A stretch of DNA of 64,000 nt from Rhabdothermincola salaria (GTDB lineage Bacteria; Actinomycetota; Acidimicrobiia; Acidimicrobiales; Acidimicrobilacustridaceae). The stretch is taken from the NCBI RefSeq assembly GCF_021246445.1, contig NZ_JAJQXW010000001.1, positions 1,070,168-1,134,167 of the forward strand, written 5' to 3'. This document shows positions 9,793 to 18,868 of the stretch, one piece after another; positions within the stretch are counted from its first letter, which is position 1; each line of letters starts with the position of its first letter. A program made the translations under genes and the position numbers. The notes below the pieces were generated by a model. The model searched no databases, was not told the origin of the DNA, and saw nothing but the letters and a program-made list of their open reading frames with translations.

Positions 9793-9842
9793 GGTGCGGG
9801 TCAGCCTAACGACTGGGAGGGACGGTCTCGGCTGTCGGCCGA

Positions 9843-10127
9843 CTACAGGCCGGCTCGGTCGAGCTCGTGGCGCAGCACGGCCTCGGCCTGAGCGCGGTCG
9901 CGTCGGGTCTCGGCGGCGGTGGTGCGCCACTCGTCGATGGCCCCGGAGGCCCGCTCGGCGAGATCGACGACCTCGTCCTCGGCCCGGCGGGCGGCCCGGC
10001 CGGCGGCGTCCTGGACGGACTCGGGGACGTGGCGACGGGTCAGCTGGCGGGCCCGCACGTACCCGACCACGGTGCCACCGGCGCCGACCGCCAGCCCCAC
10101 GGTGAACCAGGTGGCGCGCTTGAACAA
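9843..10127 (-). CDS. small YtxH-like membrane protein (one TM + coiled coil)
   Basis: C-terminal 95 aa of track ORF 9843..11126 (FKRATWFTVGLAVGAGGTVVGYVRARQL...); the rest of that ORF is high-GC read-through; candidate TTG/CTG start abutting DUF948 stop. Confidence 0.45.
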   Translation of the reverse strand: MFKRATWFTVGLAVGAGGTVVGYVRARQLTRRHVPESVQDAAGRAARRAEDEVVDLAERASGAIDEWRTTAAETRRDRAQAEAVLRHELDRAGL

Positions 10128-10129
10128 CC

Positions 10130-10552
10130 TCAGCCCGCCTTGCGCTCGCGGCGAGACCGGCGCGCGATGCGCCGGTCGGCGGGTTCGAGGGCCCGCGGCG
10201 GTTCGGGATCGGCGCGACCGAGGCGGCGGGCGACCCGTTCGGTGGCCACCGAGGCCGAGGCCAGCTTGACCAGCGGGTTGCGCACGACCATCCAGGTGAG
10301 CTTGGACGTGGCGTCGACCCGGGCCGACACGTCCTCGGCGGTGTCGAGGAGGGAGTCGACGCGCTGCAGCTCGCCGTTGGCGGCGTCGACGGTGGCGCGC
10401 AGCTCGGCGATGGCGGGCAGGGTCTCGCGGCGGAGGTCGTCGACGGTCTCGCGCAACGACCGCAGGGTGGTGATGAGGGACTGCACCGCCATGGCCACGA
10501 CCACCAGGCCGACGATGGCGACCACGATGAGCACGACCGAGAGACCGTTCAC
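10130..10552 (-). CDS. DUF948-like membrane/coiled-coil protein
   Basis: 140 aa C-terminal part of track ORF 10130..11719: TM helix VVLIVVAIVGLVVVAMAV then coiled coil; GTG at 10552 overlaps rarA TGA (GTGA). Confidence 0.55.
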   Translation of the reverse strand: MNGLSVVLIVVAIVGLVVVAMAVQSLITTLRSLRETVDDLRRETLPAIAELRATVDAANGELQRVDSLLDTAEDVSARVDATSKLTWMVVRNPLVKLASASVATERVARRLGRADPEPPRALEPADRRIARRSRRERKAG

Positions 10553-11895
10553 GACGCTCCCCCACCTGGCTGTCGTCGCTGTTGCATCTGTTGGCGCACC
10601 TGCTCCTCGTCGCCGTTGGACGACGGCTCGTAGTAGACCCGCTCCGACAGCTCGGCCGGCCGGTACTGCTGGTCGACCCAACCCTCGGGGTCCTCGTGAG
10701 GGTACTCGTACCCCTTGCCGTGGCCCAGGCTCTTGGCCCCCTTGTAGTGAGCGTCGCGCAGGTGCAACGGCACCTCTCCTCCGGCACGCTCCTTGACGTC
10801 GGCCCGGGCCCGGCCGAGGGCGACGGTGACCCGGTTGGACTTGGGCGCCGACGCCAGGTGCACGACGGCGTGGGCCAGGTTGAGCTGGGCCTCGGGCAGC
10901 CCGACGAACTCCACCGCCCTCGCCGCGGCGTCGGCCACCACCAGGCTCTGGGAGTCGGCCAGGCCGATGTCCTCGCTGGCCAGGATGACGAGGCGCCGGG
11001 CGATGAAGCGGGCGTCCTCGCCGGCTTCGAGCATGCGGGCCAACCAGTAGAGACCGGCATCGGCGTCGGAGCCCCGGATGGACTTGATGAACGCCGAGAC
11101 GACGTCGTAGTGGTCGTCGCGTCCATAGCGCAGGGCCTTGGTGCCGAGGGCCGCCTCCACGTCGGCCACCCGCACCCGCACCGCCTCGTCGACGGCGCGG
11201 CCGTCGGCGTCGCGCACGGCGTCGGGGTGCTCGTGGGCCAGGGCCACGGCGACCTCGAGGCTGGTGAGGGCGTGGCGTCCGTCGCCGGCGGCGCGCTCGA
11301 CCAGCAACACCAGGGCGTCGTCGTCGATGGCGACGCCCTCGGCCTCCAGGCCGCGGCGCACCAGGCGGGTGACGGCCTCGAGCGACAGCGGCTCGAGGTG
11401 GAAGAGGGTGGAGCGGCTGAGCAGCGGCGGGTTGACCTCGAAGAACGGGTTCTCGGTGGTGGCGCCGACGAGGACGAGCAGGCCCGACTCGACCGAGGGC
11501 AACAGGGCGTCCTGCTGGGCCTTGTTGAAGCGGTGCACCTCGTCGAGGAACAAGATGGTGCCCTGGCCCCGCTGACCGAGTCGGTCCTGGGCGCGGGCCG
11601 CGGCCTCGCGCACGTCCTTCACCGTGGCGGTGACGGCCGAGAGCTGCTCGAAGGCCTTGGCCGTGGTGCGGGCGATGAGCTGGGCGATGGTGGTCTTGCC
11701 CGTGCCCGGCGGGCCCCACAGGATCACCGACGAGAGGCGGTCGGCCTCGATGAGCGAGCGCAGGGGCCGACCGGGGCCGAGCAGGTGTTCCTGGCCGACG
11801 ACGTCGTCGAGGGAGGTGGGGCGCAACCGGGCCGCGAGCGGGGCCTGGCGGGTCAGGCGGTCCTCGGCGGCGGCGGCGAAGAGGTCGTCAGCCAC
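10549..11895 (-). CDS. rarA: replication-associated recombination protein A (AAA+ ATPase)
   Basis: 448 aa, Walker A GPPGTGKTT, FLDEVHRFNKAQQDALL, MgsA C-terminal domain. Confidence 0.9.
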   Translation of the reverse strand: MADDLFAAAAEDRLTRQAPLAARLRPTSLDDVVGQEHLLGPGRPLRSLIEADRLSSVILWGPPGTGKTTIAQLIARTTAKAFEQLSAVTATVKDVREAAARAQDRLGQRGQGTILFLDEVHRFNKAQQDALLPSVESGLLVLVGATTENPFFEVNPPLLSRSTLFHLEPLSLEAVTRLVRRGLEAEGVAIDDDALVLLVERAAGDGRHALTSLEVAVALAHEHPDAVRDADGRAVDEAVRVRVADVEAALGTKALRYGRDDHYDVVSAFIKSIRGSDADAGLYWLARMLEAGEDARFIARRLVILASEDIGLADSQSLVVADAAARAVEFVGLPEAQLNLAHAVVHLASAPKSNRVTVALGRARADVKERAGGEVPLHLRDAHYKGAKSLGHGKGYEYPHEDPEGWVDQQYRPAELSERVYYEPSSNGDEEQVRQQMQQRRQPGGGAS

Positions 11896-11927
11896 CCGGG
11901 CAGCCTGCCACGGCGGCGGTCACGACC

Positions 11928-13073
11928 TCACCGGAAACGGCGCATGTGCACGTTGAGCACCAGGCCGAGGCCGGCGAAGGCGACCATCGTCGAGGAGCCT
12001 CCCGATGACAGCAGCAGCAGGGGGATGCCGGTGACGGGCATGATGCCCATGGCCATGCCCACGTTCTGGAAGATCGAGAAGGCGAACATGGCCAGCACGC
12101 CGATGCACACCAGCGTCCCGAACAGGTCACGTGCGATCTGGGCGGTGCGCCAGATGCGATAGCAGAGCACTCCGTAGAGGACGAGCACGGTCGCCCCGCC
12201 CACGAAGCCGAACTGCTCGGCCACGGTGGTGAAGATGAAGTCGGTCTGCTGCTCGGGGACGTAGCCGAGACGGGTCTGGGGGCCCTCGAACAGGCCGTGG
12301 CCGGTGACCTCACCCGAGGCGATGGCCTGTTGGCTCTGTTGGATGTTGTACGTGGCCGAGTTGTCGGGATCGCCGGGGAAGGCGAAGGCGGTCAGGCGGT
12401 CCTGTTGGTACTCGGCCAGCACCGGCGAGTTGAGGATGCCGACCACCCCGACCACGCCGATCACGGTGAGCACGGCGATGAAGCGCCCCGGCAGCCCGCC
12501 GACGAGCAGCATGGCGAGCGTGATGGCCACCAGGGTGAGCACCTGGCCGAGGTCGGGCTGGAGCATGATGAGCCCCATCGGCACGAGGGGCACGACCAGC
12601 AGGGCGGCCAGGCGGCGCAGGTCGATGTCGCCCCGGAACTCCGAGAGCATGAAGGCCAGGACCCCGATGAGCGAGAGCTTGGCGAACTCGGCCGGCTGCA
12701 GCTGGAAGGGCCCGAGACTGAACCAGGCCTGGGCCCCGTTGACCCGCGTCCCGAACGGCGACAGCACCCCGATGAGCAGCACGGTGGTGAGCCCGTAGAA
12801 CACCCAGGCCCAGTCGTGCAGCTTGCGGTAGTCGACCAGCGAGAACACGGCCAGGGCGACGGTGCCGCCGACGACGAACACGCCTTGGCGGACGAGGAAG
12901 CTGTCGTCGAAGTCCGGGCCCGGGCCCCGGGTGGCGCTCCACACGGCGATGATCCCGACGAAGGCGAGCGCCAGGGTGCACACCAGCAGCACCGGGTCGA
13001 TGTGCTTGAGCGGGGCCGTGGGGTCGCGTCGGCTGAGGTTGGAGGCGCGGCGCGAGACGTAGGTGGGCTGCAC
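11928..13073 (-). CDS. rodA: SEDS family peptidoglycan glycosyltransferase RodA
   Basis: 381 aa polytopic FtsW/RodA family; directly downstream of PBP2 in the mre cluster; GTG start. Confidence 0.85.
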   Translation of the reverse strand: MQPTYVSRRASNLSRRDPTAPLKHIDPVLLVCTLALAFVGIIAVWSATRGPGPDFDDSFLVRQGVFVVGGTVALAVFSLVDYRKLHDWAWVFYGLTTVLLIGVLSPFGTRVNGAQAWFSLGPFQLQPAEFAKLSLIGVLAFMLSEFRGDIDLRRLAALLVVPLVPMGLIMLQPDLGQVLTLVAITLAMLLVGGLPGRFIAVLTVIGVVGVVGILNSPVLAEYQQDRLTAFAFPGDPDNSATYNIQQSQQAIASGEVTGHGLFEGPQTRLGYVPEQQTDFIFTTVAEQFGFVGGATVLVLYGVLCYRIWRTAQIARDLFGTLVCIGVLAMFAFSIFQNVGMAMGIMPVTGIPLLLLSSGGSSTMVAFAGLGLVLNVHMRRFR

Positions 13074-13076
13074 CGG

Positions 13077-15071
13077 CTAGTCCCCGGTCGTCCGGGTCTG
13101 GATGTCGCCGCCGGTGAGCTCCTGGCCGCTGACCAGCTCGAGGATCTGGCGGACGACCACGCCGGAGCCCTCGCCACCGAAGCCGGACTCCTCCATCACC
13201 GCGGCGGCGGCGAACTTGGCGTCGCCTCTCGGGCCGAAGGCCGCGAACAGCGAGGTGTCGGCTCGCTTCTTCTCCACGCCGTCCTCGAAGAAGGTGACCT
13301 CGGCGGTGCCCGTCTTGCCCACCACCGGGAAGGCCCCCTGGTCGAAGCCGGCGAAGGTGCCCACGGCCGTACCTCGCGAGTCGGTGGTCACCCCGGCCAG
13401 GCCCTCCTCGATGATGCGCAGCACCTCGGGGTCGGCGTCGACCGTGCGCACGACGGAGGGCTCGATGACCTCCAGGACCTCGGGCTCGGGGGTCTCGAGG
13501 GGGTTCCATCCCGATCGCAGCACCCGCCACGCCACCCGGGGCTGGTAGATGGTGCCGCCGTTGGCCAGGGCGGCGTAGGCGTTGGCCAGCTGCAACGGGG
13601 TCACCACCACCACGTTCTGGCCGATGGCCAGCTGCACGTTGTCGCCGGTGAACCACTCGCCGTAGGGGTAGGCGTCGGGGTACTGGTCGTGCAGGGCCTG
13701 CTTTTCGTCGGGGGTGAGCACGAAGCCGGCCGACTCCCCCGGCAGGTCGACCCCGGTGGGCGCGTCGAAGCCCCACCGGGCGGCCGCGTCCTGGATCTGG
13801 GTGGTGCCGTCCATGCGGGCACCGAGGCTGTAGAAGTACGTGTCGACCGACACGGTGAGGGCCCTTCTCATGTCCACGCTGCCGTAGACGGCGCCACCGG
13901 CGTTGGTGAACTCCTGGCCGCCGATCTCGAACACCCCGGTGTCGTTGTACCAGTCGTTGGGCCCGTACACACCGTTGGTGAGGGCGGCGTCGGCGGTGAC
14001 CAGCTTGAAGGTGGAGCCGGGGGCGTACTGGCCGGAGATCGACCGGTCGACCAGCGCGCTCACCCCACCCACGTCGGTGAGCTGGTCGTAGCGCTGCTGA
14101 GAGATGCCACCGACGAACTCGGCCGGGTCATAGCTGGGATAGGTGGCCAGGGCCCGCACCGCGCCCCCCTGGGGGTCGACGACGGCCGCCGCACCGGCAG
14201 GGGCGTTGCGGCGCAGGTCGGCCCCCGACTGGGGCTTGCCCCGCCAGTAGGCCAGGCGGTCGGCCAGGGCCTGCTCGGAACGACGCTGCACGTCGATGTC
14301 GATGTTGAGCTGGATGTCGCTCCCCGGCTTGGGGGGTTGGTAGCTGACCTGCCCCACCGGGCGGTTGTCGGCGTCGATCTCGAGCACCTCGATGCCTGGC
14401 GTGCCCCGCAGCTCGGCCTCGTAGGTGGCCTCGATGCCGGCCAGGCCGATGTTGGACGACGGTTGGTAGGTCTTCTCGACCCCGGTGTCGGGATCGACGC
14501 CCGGTTCCGCCGTCTCGAGCCGCTCGCCCGAGATGCGGCCCACGTAGCCGAGGATGTTGGCCGCCAGCCGGCCCTCGGGGTAGGTGCGCACCGTCTCGCG
14601 CCGCACCTCCACGCCGGGGAACTCCCGAGCGTGCTCGGCCAGGTAGATCTCCAGCTCCTCGGGCACGTCGGCGGCCACGGGAGCGGGCTGCACCGGGTCG
14701 TACTGGGGGTCGGCCAGGCGCCGCTCGACGCTGGCGATCTTGGTGGGCACGCCGAAGCGGGTGAGCGTCTCGGCCAGGTTGCTCACGAGATCGGTCTGCT
14801 CGGCGTCGTCGAGCTCGCTGTAGGCCCGGCGCTCGACGGTGACGACCAGCGAGGTGCGGTTGTCGACGAGGACCCGACCCTTGACGTCGAGGATGCGCCC
14901 TCGGGGGGCTTCCTCGGCCACCACCCGGGTGCGGTTGGCGGCCGCCTCGATGCTCAGCTCCGGCGCGGCCATGACCTGGAGGTACCAGAGCCGGGCGAAG
15001 AGCGCGACGAAGCACCCGAGCACGACGAAGCCCAGGACGCTCATGCGCAGGCGAGGCGACGAGGTGTCCAT
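13077..15071 (-). CDS. mrdA: penicillin-binding protein 2 (class B transpeptidase)
   Basis: PBP dimerisation plus transpeptidase domains (STFK, SGN, KTGTA motifs); ATG at 15071 (MDTSSPRLRMSVLGFVVLG) preferred over track start 15317. Confidence 0.85.
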   Translation of the reverse strand: MDTSSPRLRMSVLGFVVLGCFVALFARLWYLQVMAAPELSIEAAANRTRVVAEEAPRGRILDVKGRVLVDNRTSLVVTVERRAYSELDDAEQTDLVSNLAETLTRFGVPTKIASVERRLADPQYDPVQPAPVAADVPEELEIYLAEHAREFPGVEVRRETVRTYPEGRLAANILGYVGRISGERLETAEPGVDPDTGVEKTYQPSSNIGLAGIEATYEAELRGTPGIEVLEIDADNRPVGQVSYQPPKPGSDIQLNIDIDVQRRSEQALADRLAYWRGKPQSGADLRRNAPAGAAAVVDPQGGAVRALATYPSYDPAEFVGGISQQRYDQLTDVGGVSALVDRSISGQYAPGSTFKLVTADAALTNGVYGPNDWYNDTGVFEIGGQEFTNAGGAVYGSVDMRRALTVSVDTYFYSLGARMDGTTQIQDAAARWGFDAPTGVDLPGESAGFVLTPDEKQALHDQYPDAYPYGEWFTGDNVQLAIGQNVVVVTPLQLANAYAALANGGTIYQPRVAWRVLRSGWNPLETPEPEVLEVIEPSVVRTVDADPEVLRIIEEGLAGVTTDSRGTAVGTFAGFDQGAFPVVGKTGTAEVTFFEDGVEKKRADTSLFAAFGPRGDAKFAAAAVMEESGFGGEGSGVVVRQILELVSGQELTGGDIQTRTTGD

Positions 15072-15159
15072 CAGGGCTGCGATCGGGACGGGCCGGGGAG
15101 CGACGGTGAGGGGAGCGGTACGAGGTGCACTGGCTCCCCAGCAAAGCAGACCGGCGCCG

Positions 15160-15669
15160 TCATCGCAGCGCGGGGCGGAGTCGGTCGCTGTCGCCGTCGG
15201 CCCAGTGGCACAGGCGCACGGCGAGGGGGCCGAGCAACGCCCCGCCCAGGGACACGATGAGCACCACCCCGAGGAGGTGCCACCCGAGGAAGTCGGATCG
15301 ACCCAGGATGGCGCCACCGATGGCGAAGGTCACCACGCCCACCGCGCAGCCGAGAGCGGCGGTGACCATCGTGCGCCACCGGGCCGAGCGCACCTCGCCG
15401 GAACGCAGGAGACCGGCCACGGCCCCGGCCACCAGGTAGCTGAGAGCGCCGAGGCCCATGGGGCTCGGGAGCATCAGGTCCATGGCCAGCCCGGCGAAGA
15501 ACCCCACCGTCGCGCCCCGCTCGGCGCCCCCGGCGATACCGGCGGCGACGGCCAGGACCAACAGCAGGTCGACCACGGCGTCGGCGATGCGGATCTGGGA
15601 GGCCACCCCGCGCTGCAGCACCACCGCGGTGATGACCAACAGCGCGAAGCGCACCGGCACCGCGGTCAC
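15160..15669 (-). CDS. mreD: rod shape-determining protein MreD
   Basis: 169-aa hydrophobic C-terminal part of track ORF 15160..16671; GTG at 15669 overlaps mreC TGA (GTGA). Confidence 0.7.
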   Translation of the reverse strand: MTAVPVRFALLVITAVVLQRGVASQIRIADAVVDLLLVLAVAAGIAGGAERGATVGFFAGLAMDLMLPSPMGLGALSYLVAGAVAGLLRSGEVRSARWRTMVTAALGCAVGVVTFAIGGAILGRSDFLGWHLLGVVLIVSLGGALLGPLAVRLCHWADGDSDRLRPALR

Positions 15670-16493
15670 TGGGGGGCCTCGTAGAGCACCACGCTGGCGA
15701 AGGTCAGGTCGGAGACGTCGGCCAGCATGGTGACGTCGAGGCGCTTCACCCGCGCCGCGTCGTCCTCGGTGATCCCGGTGATGGTGCCCACCGGGAGCCC
15801 GGCGGGGTACGGGCTGAGCTCCAGCCCGCTCGTCACCAGGATGTCGCCGACCTCCACCGGGCGGTCCTGGGAGACCGAGCCGGTGAGCTGACCGGCTCGA
15901 CCCGTGCCGCTGACCGTGCCGATGATGTTGGTGCCGACCGTCCGGAAGCCCACCCGGAGGTTGCCGCCGGTGAGCAGCTCCACCCGGGAGCGGTCCGACG
16001 ACACGTTGACGACGCGGCCGATGAGGCCACGGCCGGTGACCACCGGCATGCCCTCGGCGATGCCGTCGGAGCTGCCCTTGTCGAGCTCCATGGTGGTGTC
16101 GAAGTTGCCGATGGCCCCGGACACCACCCGAGCCGGAACGGTGGGGATGTCGCCGACGAAGGGGATCCCCACGAGGGTGAGGAGCTCCTCGAGGGAGTCC
16201 TTGGCCACCTGCGCGCTGGTGAGCTCGCCCTCGAGCTCGTCGACGCGGGTTCGCAGCGCCTCGTTCTCGGCGAGGATCTCGTCGCTGTTGAACGCCGAGT
16301 CCCACCAGTCGCCGATGGGGTCGAAGACGTTGGCGGCCACGTCGCCCACCGGGGACAGCACGGACAGCACGGCCGAACGGGCCCGTTCGAGGGGGGCGAA
16401 GCCGCGGAAGTCGAGGGTCAGCAGGGTGATCGACGTGAGGACCAGCAACACCAGGGTGAAGCGACGACGACCGCTGCGGCGGGGAGGAGCCAC
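15666..16493 (-). CDS. mreC: rod shape-determining protein MreC
   Basis: 275 aa, N-terminal TM, coiled coil, MreC beta domains. Confidence 0.85.
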   Translation of the reverse strand: MAPPRRSGRRRFTLVLLVLTSITLLTLDFRGFAPLERARSAVLSVLSPVGDVAANVFDPIGDWWDSAFNSDEILAENEALRTRVDELEGELTSAQVAKDSLEELLTLVGIPFVGDIPTVPARVVSGAIGNFDTTMELDKGSSDGIAEGMPVVTGRGLIGRVVNVSSDRSRVELLTGGNLRVGFRTVGTNIIGTVSGTGRAGQLTGSVSQDRPVEVGDILVTSGLELSPYPAGLPVGTITGITEDDAARVKRLDVTMLADVSDLTFASVVLYEAPQ

Positions 16494-16510
16494 GGACTAC
16501 GGCGCGGGCG

Positions 16511-17557
16511 TCAGGTGATGGTCGTCGAGAACAGCACGCCCTTGAGGGCGTCGAACTCCTCGAGGGACTGACCGGAACCGATCGCCACCGCGAACAGCGG
16601 GTTGGGCGCGATGACGATGGGCATGCCGGTCTCGTGCTCCAGCCGGGCGTCGATGCCGTTGAGCAGCGCACCCCCGCCGGCCAGCACGATGCCCTGCTCC
16701 ATGATGTCGGCGGCGAGCTCGGGGGGCGTCTTGTCGAGGGTGACCTTGACGGCGTCGACGATGGCCGACACGGGCTCCTCGAGCGCCTCGCGGATCTCCT
16801 CGGTGGTCGTGACGATGGTCTTGGGCAGGCCCGTCACGAGGTCGCGGCCGCGGATCTCGGCGTGCAGCTCCTGTTCGAGGGGCCAGGCCGACCCGAGCGC
16901 CATCTTCACCTCTTCAGCGGTGCGCTCACCGAGGGCGAGGCTGTACTCCTTCTTGATGAAGTTGATGATGGCGTCGTCGAGCTCGTCGCCGCCGGTGCGC
17001 ACCGACTGCGAGGTGACGACACCCCCCAGCGAGATGACCGCCACCTCGGTGGTGCCACCACCGATGTCGACGATCATGTTCCCGGTGGGCTCCTGCACCG
17101 GCAGGCCGGCACCGATCGCCGCGGCCATGGGCTCTTCGATGATGTAGGCCGGCTTGCGGGCACCGGCGAACTCGGCGGCCTCCTGCACGGCGCGCTGCTC
17201 GACCGGGGTGATGCCCGAGGGCACGCAGATCACCATTCGGGGCTTGGACCACTTGCGCTGGTGCACCTTCTGGATGAAGTAGCGCAGCATCTTCTCGCAG
17301 ATGTCGAAGTCGGCGATGACGCCGTCCTTCAACGGGCGGATGGCCTGGATGTGCGCCGGGGTGCGCCCGATCATGCGCTTGGCCTCGGTGCCGACGGCGA
17401 CCGGTCGGCCGTCCTTGACGTTGACCGCCACGACAGAGGGCTCGTTGAGCACGATGCCCTCACCGCGCACGTAGACCAGGGTGTTGGCCGTACCGAGATC
17501 GACGGCCATGTCGCGGCCCATGATGTTGGACAGCGAGGTGAAGACTTGTCCGGCCAT
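16511..17557 (-). CDS. mreB: rod shape-determining actin homologue MreB
   Basis: Actin-fold motifs [22 protein letters not shown]; ATG at 17557 with GGAAGG RBS preferred over track start 17692. Confidence 0.9.
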   Translation of the reverse strand: MAGQVFTSLSNIMGRDMAVDLGTANTLVYVRGEGIVLNEPSVVAVNVKDGRPVAVGTEAKRMIGRTPAHIQAIRPLKDGVIADFDICEKMLRYFIQKVHQRKWSKPRMVICVPSGITPVEQRAVQEAAEFAGARKPAYIIEEPMAAAIGAGLPVQEPTGNMIVDIGGGTTEVAVISLGGVVTSQSVRTGGDELDDAIINFIKKEYSLALGERTAEEVKMALGSAWPLEQELHAEIRGRDLVTGLPKTIVTTTEEIREALEEPVSAIVDAVKVTLDKTPPELAADIMEQGIVLAGGGALLNGIDARLEHETGMPIVIAPNPLFAVAIGSGQSLEEFDALKGVLFSTTIT

Positions 17558-17711
17558 GCGGGAGACCTTCCGAGAGGTGCTCGGCGGGGTGGTGGAGGTG
17601 CTCAGGGTAGGCGACCACGGCCGAGCGCGTCGGCCGGGCCCGCTCACACCGGTCGACGCCGCAAAGGGTACCGCTCCGTAACGTGACTGCAACAGAGAGA
17701 TGAACGGAGGG

Positions 17712-18119
17712 TCAGAGGCCGGGGAAGAAGATGTCGATCTCGCGGGCGGCGGACTCGAGGCTGTCCGAGCCGTGGATCAGGTTCTCGGTGAAGAGGATGC
17801 CCAGATCGCCGCGAATGGTGCCGGGGGCGGCCTCGCGGGGGTTGGTCGCGCCCATCATCGTGCGCACCACCTTCCAGGTGTCCTCGGGGCCCTCGACCAC
17901 CAGGACCATGGCGGGACCGCGGGTGATGAAGTCGACCAGATCGCCGTAGAAGGGCTTGTCGGCGTGCTCGGCGTAGTGCCGACCGGCGCTGTCGGCGTCG
18001 AGGGTGCGCAGCTCGGCCGCGACCAGGGTGAGGTTGCGGCGCTCGAGGCGGCTGATGATCTCGCCGACGAGACCACGCTCCACGGCGTCGGGCTTGCAGA
18101 TGACCAGGGTGCGATCCAT
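17712..18119 (-). CDS. ndk: nucleoside-diphosphate kinase
   Basis: 135-aa C-terminal part of track ORF 17712..18482: [29 protein letters not shown] active-site His motif. Confidence 0.9.
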   Translation of the reverse strand: MDRTLVICKPDAVERGLVGEIISRLERRNLTLVAAELRTLDADSAGRHYAEHADKPFYGDLVDFITRGPAMVLVVEGPEDTWKVVRTMMGATNPREAAPGTIRGDLGILFTENLIHGSDSLESAAREIDIFFPGL

Positions 18120-18175
18120 AGGGCCGCTCAACCTAGACGAGGCGGCGACCAGGGCGACAGTCGACGGCCCGGCCG

Positions 18176-18868
18176 TCAGGGCGCGGCGATGGTGACCGCC
18201 GGGCCCCCGGTCTCGTGGACCGTGAGAGGCCAGGCCCCGGGCGCCGAACGCGCCTCGATCTGGACGACCGCCACCTCTACCGACGTCACCGCGTCCTTGC
18301 CGGTGCGGGGCCACTGCCCCGTGTGCGTGGAATTGGCCTGGTTCGGGCTCACCCACACCTCGTAGAGCGTCGGCGACGTGGCGCGACCATCCGCATAGGT
18401 CCGAGCGAGGCGCAGCGTCACCTTGGCGCTGTCGTAGCCGCCGTAGTCGAACGTCATGCTCGGCGCCCAGTTGGAACCCCACTTGAGCGCTTCGGTGGAA
18501 GCGAAGGAGATGTCCGTCGCCAGCGACGCCGGATCGGGATCGGGATCCGGATCGGGATCGGGATCCGGAGCAGGATCGGGGTCAGGAACCGGGTCGGGAT
18601 CGGGAACCGGGTCAGGGGCCGGACCGGTCGGCGGCTCCGAGGGCGTCGTGGCCGGCGGGAGGTCGCCCGCGGTCATGGTCGGGGTGACGTTGGCACCGGC
18701 GTCGTCGAGCGCATCGCTGCCCGAGCTCTGGACCCATTGGAGGGCGCCCAGGACCACCAGCGCGAACAGGCTGACGATCAGCGCGTACTCGACCAGGCTG
18801 GCGCCGCGATCGGGGGCCACCGGGACGCGTTCAGCGATAGAGGCTGACCGAGCCACCACCGGTGCCAC
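18176..18868 (-). CDS. Flp/TadE-family prepilin-like protein (class III signal peptide) with Pro-Asp repeat linker and about 150-aa C-terminal domain
   Basis: N-terminus ...APDRG/ASLVEYALIVSLFALVVLGALQW fits G/XXXXEY prepilin peptidase site plus hydrophobic helix; then PDPVPDPDP...PDPDPDPDP repeat; GTG start. Confidence 0.6.
   Translation of the reverse strand: MAPVVARSASIAERVPVAPDRGASLVEYALIVSLFALVVLGALQWVQSSGSDALDDAGANVTPTMTAGDLPPATTPSEPPTGPAPDPVPDPDPVPDPDPAPDPDPDPDPDPDPASLATDISFASTEALKWGSNWAPSMTFDYGGYDSAKVTLRLARTYADGRATSPTLYEVWVSPNQANSTHTGQWPRTGKDAVTSVEVAVVQIEARSAPGAWPLTVHETGGPAVTIAAP

Noticed and set aside
9843-11126. 427-aa and 529-aa minus-strand ORFs (9843..11126, 10130..11719) as large proteins
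   Set aside because: They overlap rarA out of frame. Only their C-terminal 95 aa and 140 aa respectively look like real proteins (TM plus coiled coil), with GTGA/adjacent starts.
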